A stretch of DNA of 64,000 nt from an uncultured Gemmatimonadaceae bacterium (GTDB lineage Bacteria; Gemmatimonadota; Gemmatimonadetes; Gemmatimonadales; Gemmatimonadaceae): positions 1,056,001 through 1,120,000 of the forward strand of contig CAWFQK010000004.1 of the NCBI GenBank assembly GCA_963817955.1, in the 5' to 3' direction. Below are positions 19,644 to 28,401 of the stretch, piece after piece. Numbering within the stretch: position 1 is the first letter of the stretch; each line of letters begins with the position of its first letter. The position numbers were made by a program, and so were the translations under genes. The notes under the pieces are model-generated. The model had not been told where the DNA came from and did no database searches. It was given only the letters and a program-made list of their open reading frames with translations.

Positions 19644-20888
19644 TCAAACCGCCGCCCCCTCCCCCGCCGCGCGTCCGGTCGCCCAGGCCCAAGAGAAGTT
19701 GTATCCGCCCACCGGTCCAAACGCGTCGAGTACCTCGCCACAGATATAGAGCCCCGGATGCCGCCGACTCTCCATCGTGCGTGGATCCACTTCGGCCAGA
19801 CTGAGCCCGCCGCCGGTCACCTCCGCCTTGCGGTACCCCTCGTCGGCCGTCCAGGGTAGCGGACCGGCAACCAACATTTCAATGAGCCGCATGCGTTCGT
19901 CGCGGCGGAGCTCGGCGAGCACTCGCGCCGGATCGATGCGCGCCAACGTCAACAGCACGCCAACCAGACGATCCGGCAACACGGCGCGCAGAACACCCGC
20001 CACCGCGCGGTTTCCCTGCGGGCGTAACGCCTGCTCCCACTCGGCAGCACCACGCTCCGTCCATTGCACTGTCAAACGCGCCTGCGCGCCGGATTCCAAT
20101 CGTGAGCGCACCAGCACATGCGACACGTCGAGCACCGCCGGTCCGCTGTAGCCCTGATGCGTGAACAGAAAGCCGCCGGTGGCCGTGGCGCTGCGTCCCG
20201 CCGCCGCATCGCGCGCCGAGAGCGTGACGCGCAACGATACGCCGCTGAGCTCAGCGAACGGCGAGCCCGCGGCGGTGAGCGGCGTGAGCGCCGGATAGAC
20301 CGGATGCATCACATGGCCGAGCTTCGCCAACTCGCGTACTCCAAGGCCGTCGCTGCCGGTGTTGGGCACCGAGAGCCCGCCGGTCGCGACGATGAGCGCG
20401 TCGGCGTCCACCGGCGGTGCGTCGGCGCATTCGACGCGCCACCCGCCGTTGAACGGTGCAAATCCGGTGACGGTCGTGTTCATGCGTAGCGTCGCCCCGG
20501 CACGTCTGGCGTGCGAGAGCAGACCGTCGCGCACGTCGCGCGCCTTGTTCGACAACGGGAAGAGTTTCGCCGATTCCGGCTCCTCGGCGAGCGGCAGTCG
20601 CAGCTCGTTCTCGAAGAACGCGATCTGCTCTGCGAGTGGCCATGAGCGGAGAATCTTACGCAGCAACTTTGGCGACGAGTCGGTGACGTAGCGCGATTCA
20701 TCGACGTGCATTGGCAGCACGTTGCACCGCCCCCCACCGCTGATGAGAATCTTCCGTCCGCCGTCGTGGGTTCGCTCGAGGAGCGTCGTCTGGGCGCCGG
20801 CGGTGGCGGCAAAGATCGCGGCCATCGACCCGGCCGCGCCCGCGCCGAGAACGACGACGCGCCTGGGCGACTGCGGTGGAGGCGGCAT
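19644..20888 (-). CDS. HI0933/YhiN/BaiN family flavoprotein
   Basis: GAGAAG, KILISGGGRCN, ATGGLS, LFTHQGYSGP, VTGGG, GEVLD...GGYNF. Confidence 0.92.
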   Translation of the reverse strand: MPPPPQSPRRVVVLGAGAAGSMAAIFAATAGAQTTLLERTHDGGRKILISGGGRCNVLPMHVDESRYVTDSSPKLLRKILRSWPLAEQIAFFENELRLPLAEEPESAKLFPLSNKARDVRDGLLSHARRAGATLRMNTTVTGFAPFNGGWRVECADAPPVDADALIVATGGLSVPNTGSDGLGVRELAKLGHVMHPVYPALTPLTAAGSPFAELSGVSLRVTLSARDAAAGRSATATGGFLFTHQGYSGPAVLDVSHVLVRSRLESGAQARLTVQWTERGAAEWEQALRPQGNRAVAGVLRAVLPDRLVGVLLTLARIDPARVLAELRRDERMRLIEMLVAGPLPWTADEGYRKAEVTGGGLSLAEVDPRTMESRRHPGLYICGEVLDAFGPVGGYNFSWAWATGRAAGEGAAV

Positions 20889-20936
20889 TGCGATCAAAGC
20901 TAACGATCGCCGCGCGATGGCGTCATCTTCATTCGC

Positions 20937-21713
20937 ATGATCCAGAGTCCACGACCGGGTGTGCCCGGCGAACGCGGCACCGTGAGCGTGCCGCGCGCAC
21001 TCTCCAAGCTCGGCGTCTGCTCGAGAGCGCAGGGCGAACGACTTGTCGAGGCAGGCAAGGTTCGCGTGAACGGCACGATCGTCCGCGACGCATCACTCCG
21101 CGTGCGGCCGGAGCACGATGTCATCGAAGTGGACGGCGCGCCTGTGGGACGCGCCGAGCAGGTGTATCTGATGCTCAACAAGCCGCGCGGACTCGTGACG
21201 ACGGCGGACGACCCGCAGGGTCGCGCGACTATCTATGAATGCCTGAGCGGTGCAGCACTGCCATTCGTCTCGCCCGTGGGGCGACTCGACAAGGCCAGCG
21301 AGGGCTTGCTCTTGTTGACGAACGACACGCGTTGGGCGGCGCGGCTGATCGTGCCTGAGTCACACGTCGACAAGGTGTATCACGTGCAGGTGCGCGGCGC
21401 CGAGTTGGGCGCGGTCATGGAGCGCGTGGCGGCTGGTATCGTGGAGCGGACTACCGGCGAACTGTTGGAGGTGAAGGAGATCACGCTGCGGCGCACGGGA
21501 TCGCGGAGCGGTGCGTGGTTCGAAGTCACGCTCGACGAGGGCAAGAACAGGCAACTGCGCCGGATCTTCGCCGAGGCAGGCGTCGAAGTGCTGCGGCTCG
21601 TGCGCGTCGCCATCGGGCCGCTGGCGCTCGGCGATCTTGCGAAGGGAGCGTGGCGGACGCTCCAGCCCGAAGAGGTTCGAGCTTTGACGGAGCGGCGCTC
21701 GATGATCCGATGA
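20937..21713 (+). CDS. rRNA pseudouridine synthase (RsuA/RluB family, S4 domain)
   Basis: S4 domain CSR...GKVRVNG; LNKPRG, VGRLDKASEGLLLLTND, EGKNRQLRR. Confidence 0.93.
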   Translation: MIQSPRPGVPGERGTVSVPRALSKLGVCSRAQGERLVEAGKVRVNGTIVRDASLRVRPEHDVIEVDGAPVGRAEQVYLMLNKPRGLVTTADDPQGRATIYECLSGAALPFVSPVGRLDKASEGLLLLTNDTRWAARLIVPESHVDKVYHVQVRGAELGAVMERVAAGIVERTTGELLEVKEITLRRTGSRSGAWFEVTLDEGKNRQLRRIFAEAGVEVLRLVRVAIGPLALGDLAKGAWRTLQPEEVRALTERRSMIR

Positions 21714-21842
21714 TAGTGTTGTCAACACCGGAAAGACACGGGACCTGCGCGCAATCGGTTGATGATGACCCGTTCGCTTGGCGGCGCTACGCTCGGCTAT
21801 GCTCGCTTGCTCACTCGGCGCCGAGGACGGTATCATATGCTC

Positions 21843-22400
21843 ATGGCAACGCTCAAGCGACCGTGGATCGTCGACGATCTCCAGGGTCTACCGGACGACG
21901 GGAATCGGTACGAGGTCATCGACGGAGAACTGTTCGTGACGCCGGCACCTACCTGGAAGCACCAGGAGGCAGTCGTCCGGCTCCATCACCTCCTGGCTGA
22001 TTACCTCAGTACCCAGCGGGTGGGGCACGCGGTGATTGCGCCCGCGGACGTCGTGTTTTCGCCACAGCGCGGAGTGCAACCGGACGTCTTCGTGACGCCG
22101 CTCGTGAACGGGCGGAGACCCGAACGGTTCGAGGACGTAGGCCGGCTGCTCCTCGCCGTCGAAGTCGTATCGCCTTCGACGGCGCGCGCCGATCGTGTCG
22201 CAAAGCGCGTTTTGTATCGGAACCAGGGCGTGGCAGAATACTGGGTCGTCGATCTCGATTCCCGCACCGTGGAGCGCTCGACCCCAGCAGATCCACGCGT
22301 CGACGTGATGGTCGACACGTTAGCGTGGCTGCCGGAAGGCGCGGGCGCTCCCTTGTCGATCGATTTGACTCAGTACTTCACGCAAGTGCTCGACGGCTGA
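21843..22400 (+). CDS. Uma2 family PD-(D/E)XK endonuclease
   Basis: RYEVIDGEL, QPDV, AVEVVSPST..DR..K, GVAEYWVVD. Confidence 0.92.
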   Translation: MATLKRPWIVDDLQGLPDDGNRYEVIDGELFVTPAPTWKHQEAVVRLHHLLADYLSTQRVGHAVIAPADVVFSPQRGVQPDVFVTPLVNGRRPERFEDVGRLLLAVEVVSPSTARADRVAKRVLYRNQGVAEYWVVDLDSRTVERSTPADPRVDVMVDTLAWLPEGAGAPLSIDLTQYFTQVLDG

Positions 22401-22455
22401 CGGGGGAGTCAGACCCGTTACCGCTTGGCACCCGCGTGATCGTTGCGCCGCCCCC

Positions 22456-22773
22456 CTACGCCCCTGTCTCGATCTTGTAGATCTCCCGCCTTCCGTGATC
22501 GACGAGATCATGATAGCCCTTCATGATCTTTTCCATTTCCTTCACGCCCGCCGAGGCGTCCGGGGCGTTGAACATCATGCTCTCGAAGGCTTGGAGACTC
22601 GGAACCTCCATCTCCGTCACCACCGTCCAGTACTGATCGGCACACACGTCGGTCATCACGCGCATCTTCGGCATGCCCATCTTGTCGCTCAACGCAGACA
22701 TGGTGAGGAACTTCTGCACGAGCGGACGCACCTGGCCGGGTTTGCAGAACATGGTTTCGCGAATGAGGTACAT
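22456..22773 (-). CDS. Small hypothetical protein (NIPSNAP/dimeric alpha-beta-barrel-like)
   Basis: AGGAG RBS; CKPG near the N-terminus, GRREIY at the C-terminus. Confidence 0.7.
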   Translation of the reverse strand: MYLIRETMFCKPGQVRPLVQKFLTMSALSDKMGMPKMRVMTDVCADQYWTVVTEMEVPSLQAFESMMFNAPDASAGVKEMEKIMKGYHDLVDHGRREIYKIETGA

Positions 22774-22861
22774 GCGGATCTCCTGTAGCGCGAAGTAGGA
22801 ATGCGACGATGCAGCAGGATTCCGTATTGTAACGCGACCGGTTCCCGGCGGCGCAGCCGCC

Positions 22862-23968
22862 TCAGCGTTTGGCTGCCGACGCTCGGTCGAGCAGCCAACC
22901 CTGCCAATCGGCCTCAGCCTGCGCGAGCGTCATGGACATGTGTTTCTTGAACACGTCATCCAGCGGCTGCCCGTGAATCTGGGCATCCGCAACTGCTCCG
23001 ATCAGGGCATGACCACCGCGCACAACCAGATAGCGGCCAACGAGCGCCGCTTCCGCCGCATACAGGCCGGCACCCTGCAGCTGCGGGCTCTCGCCGCCCG
23101 AGCGTCCCGCCCCGGGCGACCGACCGCCGCCGCGCCGTCCGCCGCCGCGGCCACCCATCCCACCCATCCCACCCATTCCACCCATTCCGCCCATGCCGCC
23201 ACGCCCGCCAATGCCGCCCCGCCCGCCCGCACCACCACCAACCCCCGTCCCGCCGCGACCTTCTCCCCCGCGGCCGGCGGCTACGGACTGCGGTGCTTCC
23301 GGCCGTGGCATGGTGAAGAACGCCGATAACGAATAGAGGGCGTCGGGATGCGACGCGAGCATGGCAGCCATCCGGTCGGCTGAAGAATCGGTGGCGAGTG
23401 ACGCAATGGTCGCCTCAACCCATCCCGGCACTCGCGGGTCGTCCGTCTCGCCATTCGCTTGGGTGGACGACGCGGGCTTCTGCGTCAACGTGCTCGCGTG
23501 TGCGGAAAGCCAGGCGCGAAGCACCGGCAGGGTGGATGTCCCGCGCGGGCCGCTCCGTCCAGCCGACTCGTCGCGGCGGGCGTTCGGGTCGACGAGTGCA
23601 ACCTCCACCACGGGCACATTCGTCGTTGGCGGTACCGGCGCGGCCAGCACGTATGGACCACCGTCGGCTGCCACCCGTCGCACGGTCACGACGACGTGGC
23701 CCGAGCTGTCTCCCGGGAACACGCGATGGAACAACGTGGCCTCGCGATTCAGCCGCGGTTGCACCATGGCGATATCGCCCTTCGAACGGCCGACCAATTC
23801 GTAGCCTGGGCCGTGTGTCACGTACGTCGTTTCGCCGCGCACCACTCGCACGTCGGCCTGCACCGCGGCAAGCGCCGCGGGATCGTCTTCAACCGTACGC
23901 ACATGGTGCGATGAGCAGGCCGCCGCGAGGAATGCCGCGCTGGCGACGGGGAGAATTCGTGTGTGCAT
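22862..23968 (-). CDS. Lipoprotein of unknown function with Gly-rich GGR/GGM insertion
   Basis: AAAC lipobox; long GGMGGMGG/GGRGG tract. Confidence 0.7.
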   Translation of the reverse strand: MHTRILPVASAAFLAAACSSHHVRTVEDDPAALAAVQADVRVVRGETTYVTHGPGYELVGRSKGDIAMVQPRLNREATLFHRVFPGDSSGHVVVTVRRVAADGGPYVLAAPVPPTTNVPVVEVALVDPNARRDESAGRSGPRGTSTLPVLRAWLSAHASTLTQKPASSTQANGETDDPRVPGWVEATIASLATDSSADRMAAMLASHPDALYSLSAFFTMPRPEAPQSVAAGRGGEGRGGTGVGGGAGGRGGIGGRGGMGGMGGMGGMGGMGGRGGGRRGGGRSPGAGRSGGESPQLQGAGLYAAEAALVGRYLVVRGGHALIGAVADAQIHGQPLDDVFKKHMSMTLAQAEADWQGWLLDRASAAKR

Positions 23969-24075
23969 CAAGGGGAATCCCGAATGTGACTGGAAAGGAC
24001 ACAGTACGGACACGCGAACGACGGGTTCCCCTCTCGACCAATCCCGGCCTATCGCCGGCCGGCCATTGGCCATCG

Positions 24076-25272
24076 TCACTGCGCCATCAAGCGCGCCAGC
24101 GCATCGACGACGCCGTCGATCTGCTCGTTCGTATGGTGCGCGTTCATGATGAAGCGCAGCCGGCTCTGCCCCGCGGCGATGGCGGGAAACATGATCGGAT
24201 CCACATGAAATCCGGCGTCGCGCAGGCCGGTGGCAATGCGGACGCAGTCGGCATCGTCACCGACGTGCACCGGAACGATTGGGGTGGACGCCGACGTCGG
24301 CGCGAGACCGCGCGTGGCCATGCGCGAGACGAAGTACCGCTGATTCTCCCACAATTGCCGCCGGCGCTGCGGCTCGTCCGTCACCATGTCGATCGCCTCG
24401 AGCACGGCCGCTGCCTGGTCAGGCGGCAACGTGGAGGTGAAGCCGAACGCCGAGCAGCCGATCCTCAGGATCTGCGTGATGTGCGTCTCGGTTGCGACGA
24501 AGCCGCCGATGCACCCGTACGCCTTGCTCAACGTTCCCATGTGGATGATGCGCGGACTCTCGATGCCAAAATGCTCCGTGGTTCCGGCGCCGGTGGCTCC
24601 GAGCACCCCAGTGCCATGCGCGTCGTCGATGTACACCACGGCGTCGTGCCGGTCGGCCAGCGCGATCATGTCAGGCAGCGGCACGATGTCGCCGTGCTGG
24701 CTGAACACGCCGTCGGTCACGATGATCTTGATCTGCGCTTGCGATGCACCGAGCTTGCGATCGAGGTCGTTCATGTCGACGTGCTTGTACGCGAACGACG
24801 GCGCACCCGACACCCGGATGCCCTCGCGAATGCTCAGGTGATTGTACTCGTCGGTGAAGAACGCGTGCTTCCAGTTGACACTCGGCGCGTAGCCGAACGC
24901 GCGCGCCAGGTTCGACGATTTTACCAGCGTCGGCAGCACGCTGAGGTTCGTGAGGTATCCCGTGGCGAAGAGCAATGCCGCGGGCTTGCGCTTGATCTCG
25001 GCGAGGCGCGCCTCCAGCCGGTCGTACAACTCGAGATTGCCGCCGAGCAGACGCGACTCGCAATTCCCGACGCCGTACCGGTCGAGCGCTTCGCGCGCCC
25101 GTGCTTTCATGCGCGCGCTGGTGGCCAACGCGAGATAGTTGTTGGTGCTGAACGATACCAACTCGCGGCCATTGGCCATGAACGTTGGATCGGGAAGCGT
25201 GTCCGGCGTGATATCGTCGCGAGGCGTGCCGCGCGACGCCATCCAGGCGCCGATTTCTTTCAGATCATGCAT
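24076..25272 (-). CDS. PLP-dependent alpha-oxoamine synthase (BioF/Kbl/Spt family)
   Basis: FSTNNYL, SRLLGG, FATGY.TN, TDGVFS, DDAHG, GTLSKA (PLP Lys), RLRF. Confidence 0.9.
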   Translation of the reverse strand: MHDLKEIGAWMASRGTPRDDITPDTLPDPTFMANGRELVSFSTNNYLALATSARMKARAREALDRYGVGNCESRLLGGNLELYDRLEARLAEIKRKPAALLFATGYLTNLSVLPTLVKSSNLARAFGYAPSVNWKHAFFTDEYNHLSIREGIRVSGAPSFAYKHVDMNDLDRKLGASQAQIKIIVTDGVFSQHGDIVPLPDMIALADRHDAVVYIDDAHGTGVLGATGAGTTEHFGIESPRIIHMGTLSKAYGCIGGFVATETHITQILRIGCSAFGFTSTLPPDQAAAVLEAIDMVTDEPQRRRQLWENQRYFVSRMATRGLAPTSASTPIVPVHVGDDADCVRIATGLRDAGFHVDPIMFPAIAAGQSRLRFIMNAHHTNEQIDGVVDALARLMAQ

Positions 25273-25286
25273 GTGGGGCTGTGTTT

Positions 25287-26516
25287 CTACTGTTGGTAGC
25301 GGCGTGCGACGAGTACCGCATTCATGCCGCCAAACCCAAAGGAATTGGACATCACGGCCTCGAGCAATGCAGGGCGAGCTTCGTTCGGGACGTAATCGAG
25401 ATCGCAGGCTGGATCCGGACACTCGAGGTGCGCGGTTGGCGGGATCACGCCCTGCTCCATCGCCATGATTGCCGTCACCATCTCCACGGCGCCGGTAGCG
25501 CCCATGAGATGGCCGTGCAGTGCCTTGGTCGACGACACCGGCAGACGCGCGGCGTCCGCCCCGAACACCTGCTTGATCGCGCTCGTCTCGACAACGTCGC
25601 CAATTGCCGTGGCCGTACCGTGCGCGTTCAGATAGCCAATGTCGCACGGTGCGAGTTGCGCGTCGGCCAGTGCTGCGCGCATGGCGCGCACCTGCCCTGC
25701 GGCATCCGGCTTGGAGATGTGATTCGCGTCCGCGGAGTTGCCATATCCCGCAAGCTCGGCATAGACGCGTGCGCCGCGGCGCTTCGCATGGTCGGCACTC
25801 TCGAGGATGAGCGCTGCGGCGCCCTCGCCAAGCACGATGCCCGTGCGATTGGCCGAGTAGGGTTTGCAGCTCCGAGCGGGATCGTTCGCGTCGGCGTGCG
25901 CCAACGCCTGCATCGCATCCCACGCACGCAGATTGCCGTGAGTCACGAGCGCTTCGGACCCGCCGGCAACGATGACGTCGGCATAGCCGGCCTTGATCGC
26001 ACGGTACGCTTCGCCAATGCTCGTGGCCGATGACGAACAGGCCGTCGACACATTGAGCAGTGGACCGCGCAACCCGTTCGCGATGGAGATGTTTCCGGCC
26101 GCGGCGTTGTTCATGCCGAGCACGACGGACGTGGGACGGACGCGACCGTTTCCCGCGTAGAGCAGCCGATAGGATTCTTCTATTGAGCTCGCGCCCCCCA
26201 GGCCCGTGCCCCAGTAGGTTCCGGCACGCAGCGACTCTTCTTCGCTCAACGTGAGGGACGCATTGGCCATTGCCTGCCTGGCAGCGACGAGCGCGAACTG
26301 CACGGCGCGGTCGAACTGCGCCGCCTGGTGCGCCGGCCAATGTGCCGTGGCGTCAAAATCCACGAGACCGGCCACGAGGCAGGCTGGTCCGGAATAGATC
26401 GTGTCCGGCACGCGCCGGATACCCGAACGCCCGCTCGCCAAGCCGTCAAAGAATTCCGAGAGGGACTGTCCGACGGACGCGACGACGCCCATGCCGGTGA
26501 CGACGACACGCGACAT
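25287..26516 (-). CDS. Beta-ketoacyl-ACP synthase (FabF-like)
   Basis: RVVVTGMG, TACSS, NAHGTAT, KALHGHL (Cys-His-His), SNSFGFGG. Confidence 0.93.
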   Translation of the reverse strand: MSRVVVTGMGVVASVGQSLSEFFDGLASGRSGIRRVPDTIYSGPACLVAGLVDFDATAHWPAHQAAQFDRAVQFALVAARQAMANASLTLSEEESLRAGTYWGTGLGGASSIEESYRLLYAGNGRVRPTSVVLGMNNAAAGNISIANGLRGPLLNVSTACSSSATSIGEAYRAIKAGYADVIVAGGSEALVTHGNLRAWDAMQALAHADANDPARSCKPYSANRTGIVLGEGAAALILESADHAKRRGARVYAELAGYGNSADANHISKPDAAGQVRAMRAALADAQLAPCDIGYLNAHGTATAIGDVVETSAIKQVFGADAARLPVSSTKALHGHLMGATGAVEMVTAIMAMEQGVIPPTAHLECPDPACDLDYVPNEARPALLEAVMSNSFGFGGMNAVLVARRYQQ

Positions 26517-26526
26517 GGTTTGCGCC

Positions 26527-26832
26527 CTAGGTCGGGGTCGGGGTCGAGTCCGGAGCCGGTGTCGAGTCCGGAGCCGGGGTCGAGTCCGGACTCGCGGCCT
26601 TGGCGGCAATCAACCCGTCGATCGCCGTCGCGAGATCACGGAGTGTGCGGACGCCAGCCACCGATTCCTGCGGAATTGAAAAGCCGAACTTGTCCTCGAG
26701 CTCAAATAAGAACTCGAGGAATCCCAGCGAATCGATACCGAGCTGGTCCACCGGCGCGTTTTCGTCGATGGCGTCGACCTCGCCGCCGAACTGCTTCGCG
26801 GCAAGTTCCTTGATAGCTAAGAGCGTATCCAT
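26527..26832 (-). CDS. Acyl carrier protein with C-terminal (PDSTP[A/T])x3 tail
   Basis: LGIDSL phosphopantetheine Ser; ELEDKFGFSIP; acidic. Confidence 0.9.
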   Translation of the reverse strand: MDTLLAIKELAAKQFGGEVDAIDENAPVDQLGIDSLGFLEFLFELEDKFGFSIPQESVAGVRTLRDLATAIDGLIAAKAASPDSTPAPDSTPAPDSTPTPT

Positions 26833-26922
26833 TATGAGTGGCTTGGGTGAGCGTCCGGCGCTCCATAATATCATACACTTCAATCCGCCTGACGGACGCG
26901 CGAGTCGTACTAACTTCCCTTT

Positions 26923-27387
26923 ATGCTACACCACATTAGCGCATCAGGGCGACCCTTTCTCTATCTCGCCGCGCTACTCGTGATCGCCGGGACCCGCGTT
27001 GCGTCAGCGCAGGCGTCGCCAGCGGGGTTCTGGAACACGATCAGCGACACCGATGGTAGGCCGACGGCGGTGGTCGAGATCGGTGAGGTGAACGGCGAGT
27101 TCGTCGGCGTGGTGCGCGGGTTGCTCGTGCCCGCCACGCCCGAAGACAGCGTCTGCGACAAGTGCACGGGCGACCGCAAGGGAAAGCGCATTGTGGGGAT
27201 GGAGATTCTGAGTCACATGCGGCCGGAAGGCGACGAATGGGGCGGTGGCGAGATTCTCGATCCGGAGACCGGCAAGACGTACCGCGCCAGGATGAAGCTT
27301 GCCGACGGCGGTTCTCGGCTCATCGTACGGGGGTACATCGGGTTCTCGCTGTTCGGCCGGTCGCAGACGTGGGTCAGACGGCCGTAG
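26923..27387 (+). CDS. DUF2147 domain protein
   Basis: Signal peptide; G.W.T, CDKC, GEILDPETGKTY, VRGYIGFSLFGRSQTW. Confidence 0.88.
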   Translation: MLHHISASGRPFLYLAALLVIAGTRVASAQASPAGFWNTISDTDGRPTAVVEIGEVNGEFVGVVRGLLVPATPEDSVCDKCTGDRKGKRIVGMEILSHMRPEGDEWGGGEILDPETGKTYRARMKLADGGSRLIVRGYIGFSLFGRSQTWVRRP

Positions 27388-27486
27388 TCGTGCGATCAGT
27401 ACAGCAATCGCGCCGGGCGATTGCGACGGGGCCCCTGGCGACGGGGTCCCTGGCGTGCAGGCCACTCTCGGCGGGGGGTGCAGCGA

Positions 27487-27630
27487 GGATTGGGCTCCGG
27501 GCCGTGGACCGGTCGGATGCCGCTGGCTGCTCCGTAGCGGTCGGCCCGCCAGTCGGCGAGGTTCGAGTGTCCAGTTGTGAGTTGTGCGTTGCGAGTGTCC
27601 CGTGTCCCGTGTCCCCCGCCCGTGTCCCGT
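27487..27630 (+). repeat. Dispersed element copy 2 (diverged) with (GTGTCCC)n tail
   Basis: ggattgggctccg...gctggctgctccgtagcggtcggccc...ccagttgtgagtt aligns with copy 1. Confidence 0.9.
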
Positions 27631-27700
27631 CGCGCAGGTCAACCTGCGCGCGCTGACTCCATTCTCAGCTCTGCGCATCCAAACCAAGGGCACAGAACCA

Positions 27701-28177
27701 ATGCCACCGACCAACCTGCCCAACGCCGGCGTGAAGTTCCCGCCGCCGCTCGTTTACCTGCTCGGGCTGGCCGCGGCGCTGCTCATCAATCGCGCGGCGC
27801 CACTCGATCTCGCGGCGCCGGAACCACGATGGATGTTCCGGCTGGGGGGTTTCCTGGTCGTCGGCGGCCTGCTATTCGCCGCATCGGGGATCGTCACGTT
27901 TCGCCGGCATCATACGGCGATCATCCCCGTCCATCCGGCCACGACCATCGTGACCACGGGGCCATACGCCGTCACCCGCAATCCGATGTATATCGGATTG
28001 ATCATTTGTTATGTTGGCGGCGGTTTTCTGCTCGACACATGGTGGGCCTTCCTCCTGCTGCCAGTCGTGGTGCTGATCATTGCCCGGCAAGTCATCGCGC
28101 GCGAAGAGCGGTACCTGGCGAGCGCATTTGGCGCCGAGTACGACGCGTACCGCGCCCGTGTGCGACGCTGGATCTAA
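27701..28177 (+). CDS. Isoprenylcysteine carboxyl methyltransferase (ICMT/PEMT-like) family membrane protein
   Basis: PPP, TTGPYAVTRNPMYIG, REERYL..FG.EY..Y...V.RWI. Confidence 0.88.
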   Translation: MPPTNLPNAGVKFPPPLVYLLGLAAALLINRAAPLDLAAPEPRWMFRLGGFLVVGGLLFAASGIVTFRRHHTAIIPVHPATTIVTTGPYAVTRNPMYIGLIICYVGGGFLLDTWWAFLLLPVVVLIIARQVIAREERYLASAFGAEYDAYRARVRRWI

Positions 28178-28205
28178 TGATCTGCGCGAGGGTTTGGTGA
28201 GGTGT

Positions 28206-28335
28206 GGGACACGGGACACGAGACACGGGACACGGGACACGAGACACTCACGACTCACAACTGAAAACTCGAACCTCGCCGCCCGCTACGGAGCAGCCAG
28301 CGACATCCAGCCGGCCAAAACACGGAGTCCAATCC
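28206..28335 (-). repeat. Dispersed element copy 3 (inverted, internal deletion) with (GRGACAC)x6 tract
   Basis: Reverse complement reads ggattggactccg...ccggctggatgtcgctggctgctccgtagcgg-gcggcgaggttcgagttttcagttgtgag; six heptamers at 28206-28247. Confidence 0.9.
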
Positions 28336-28401
28336 CCGCCTGAACCAAACCTTCCACCTGCGGCCGCTGTCCCATAACCAGACCTCCCCAGCGACCACGA
28401 C

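Noticed and set aside
24076..26340. 754-aa ORF as an N-terminally extended synthase
   Set aside because: The extension overlaps the FabF-like gene in another frame and is low-complexity; the real start is about 25272.
27423..27455. 15-bp direct repeat before element copy 2 as a target-site duplication
   Set aside because: Both units lie on the same side of the element and there is no match beyond copy 3.
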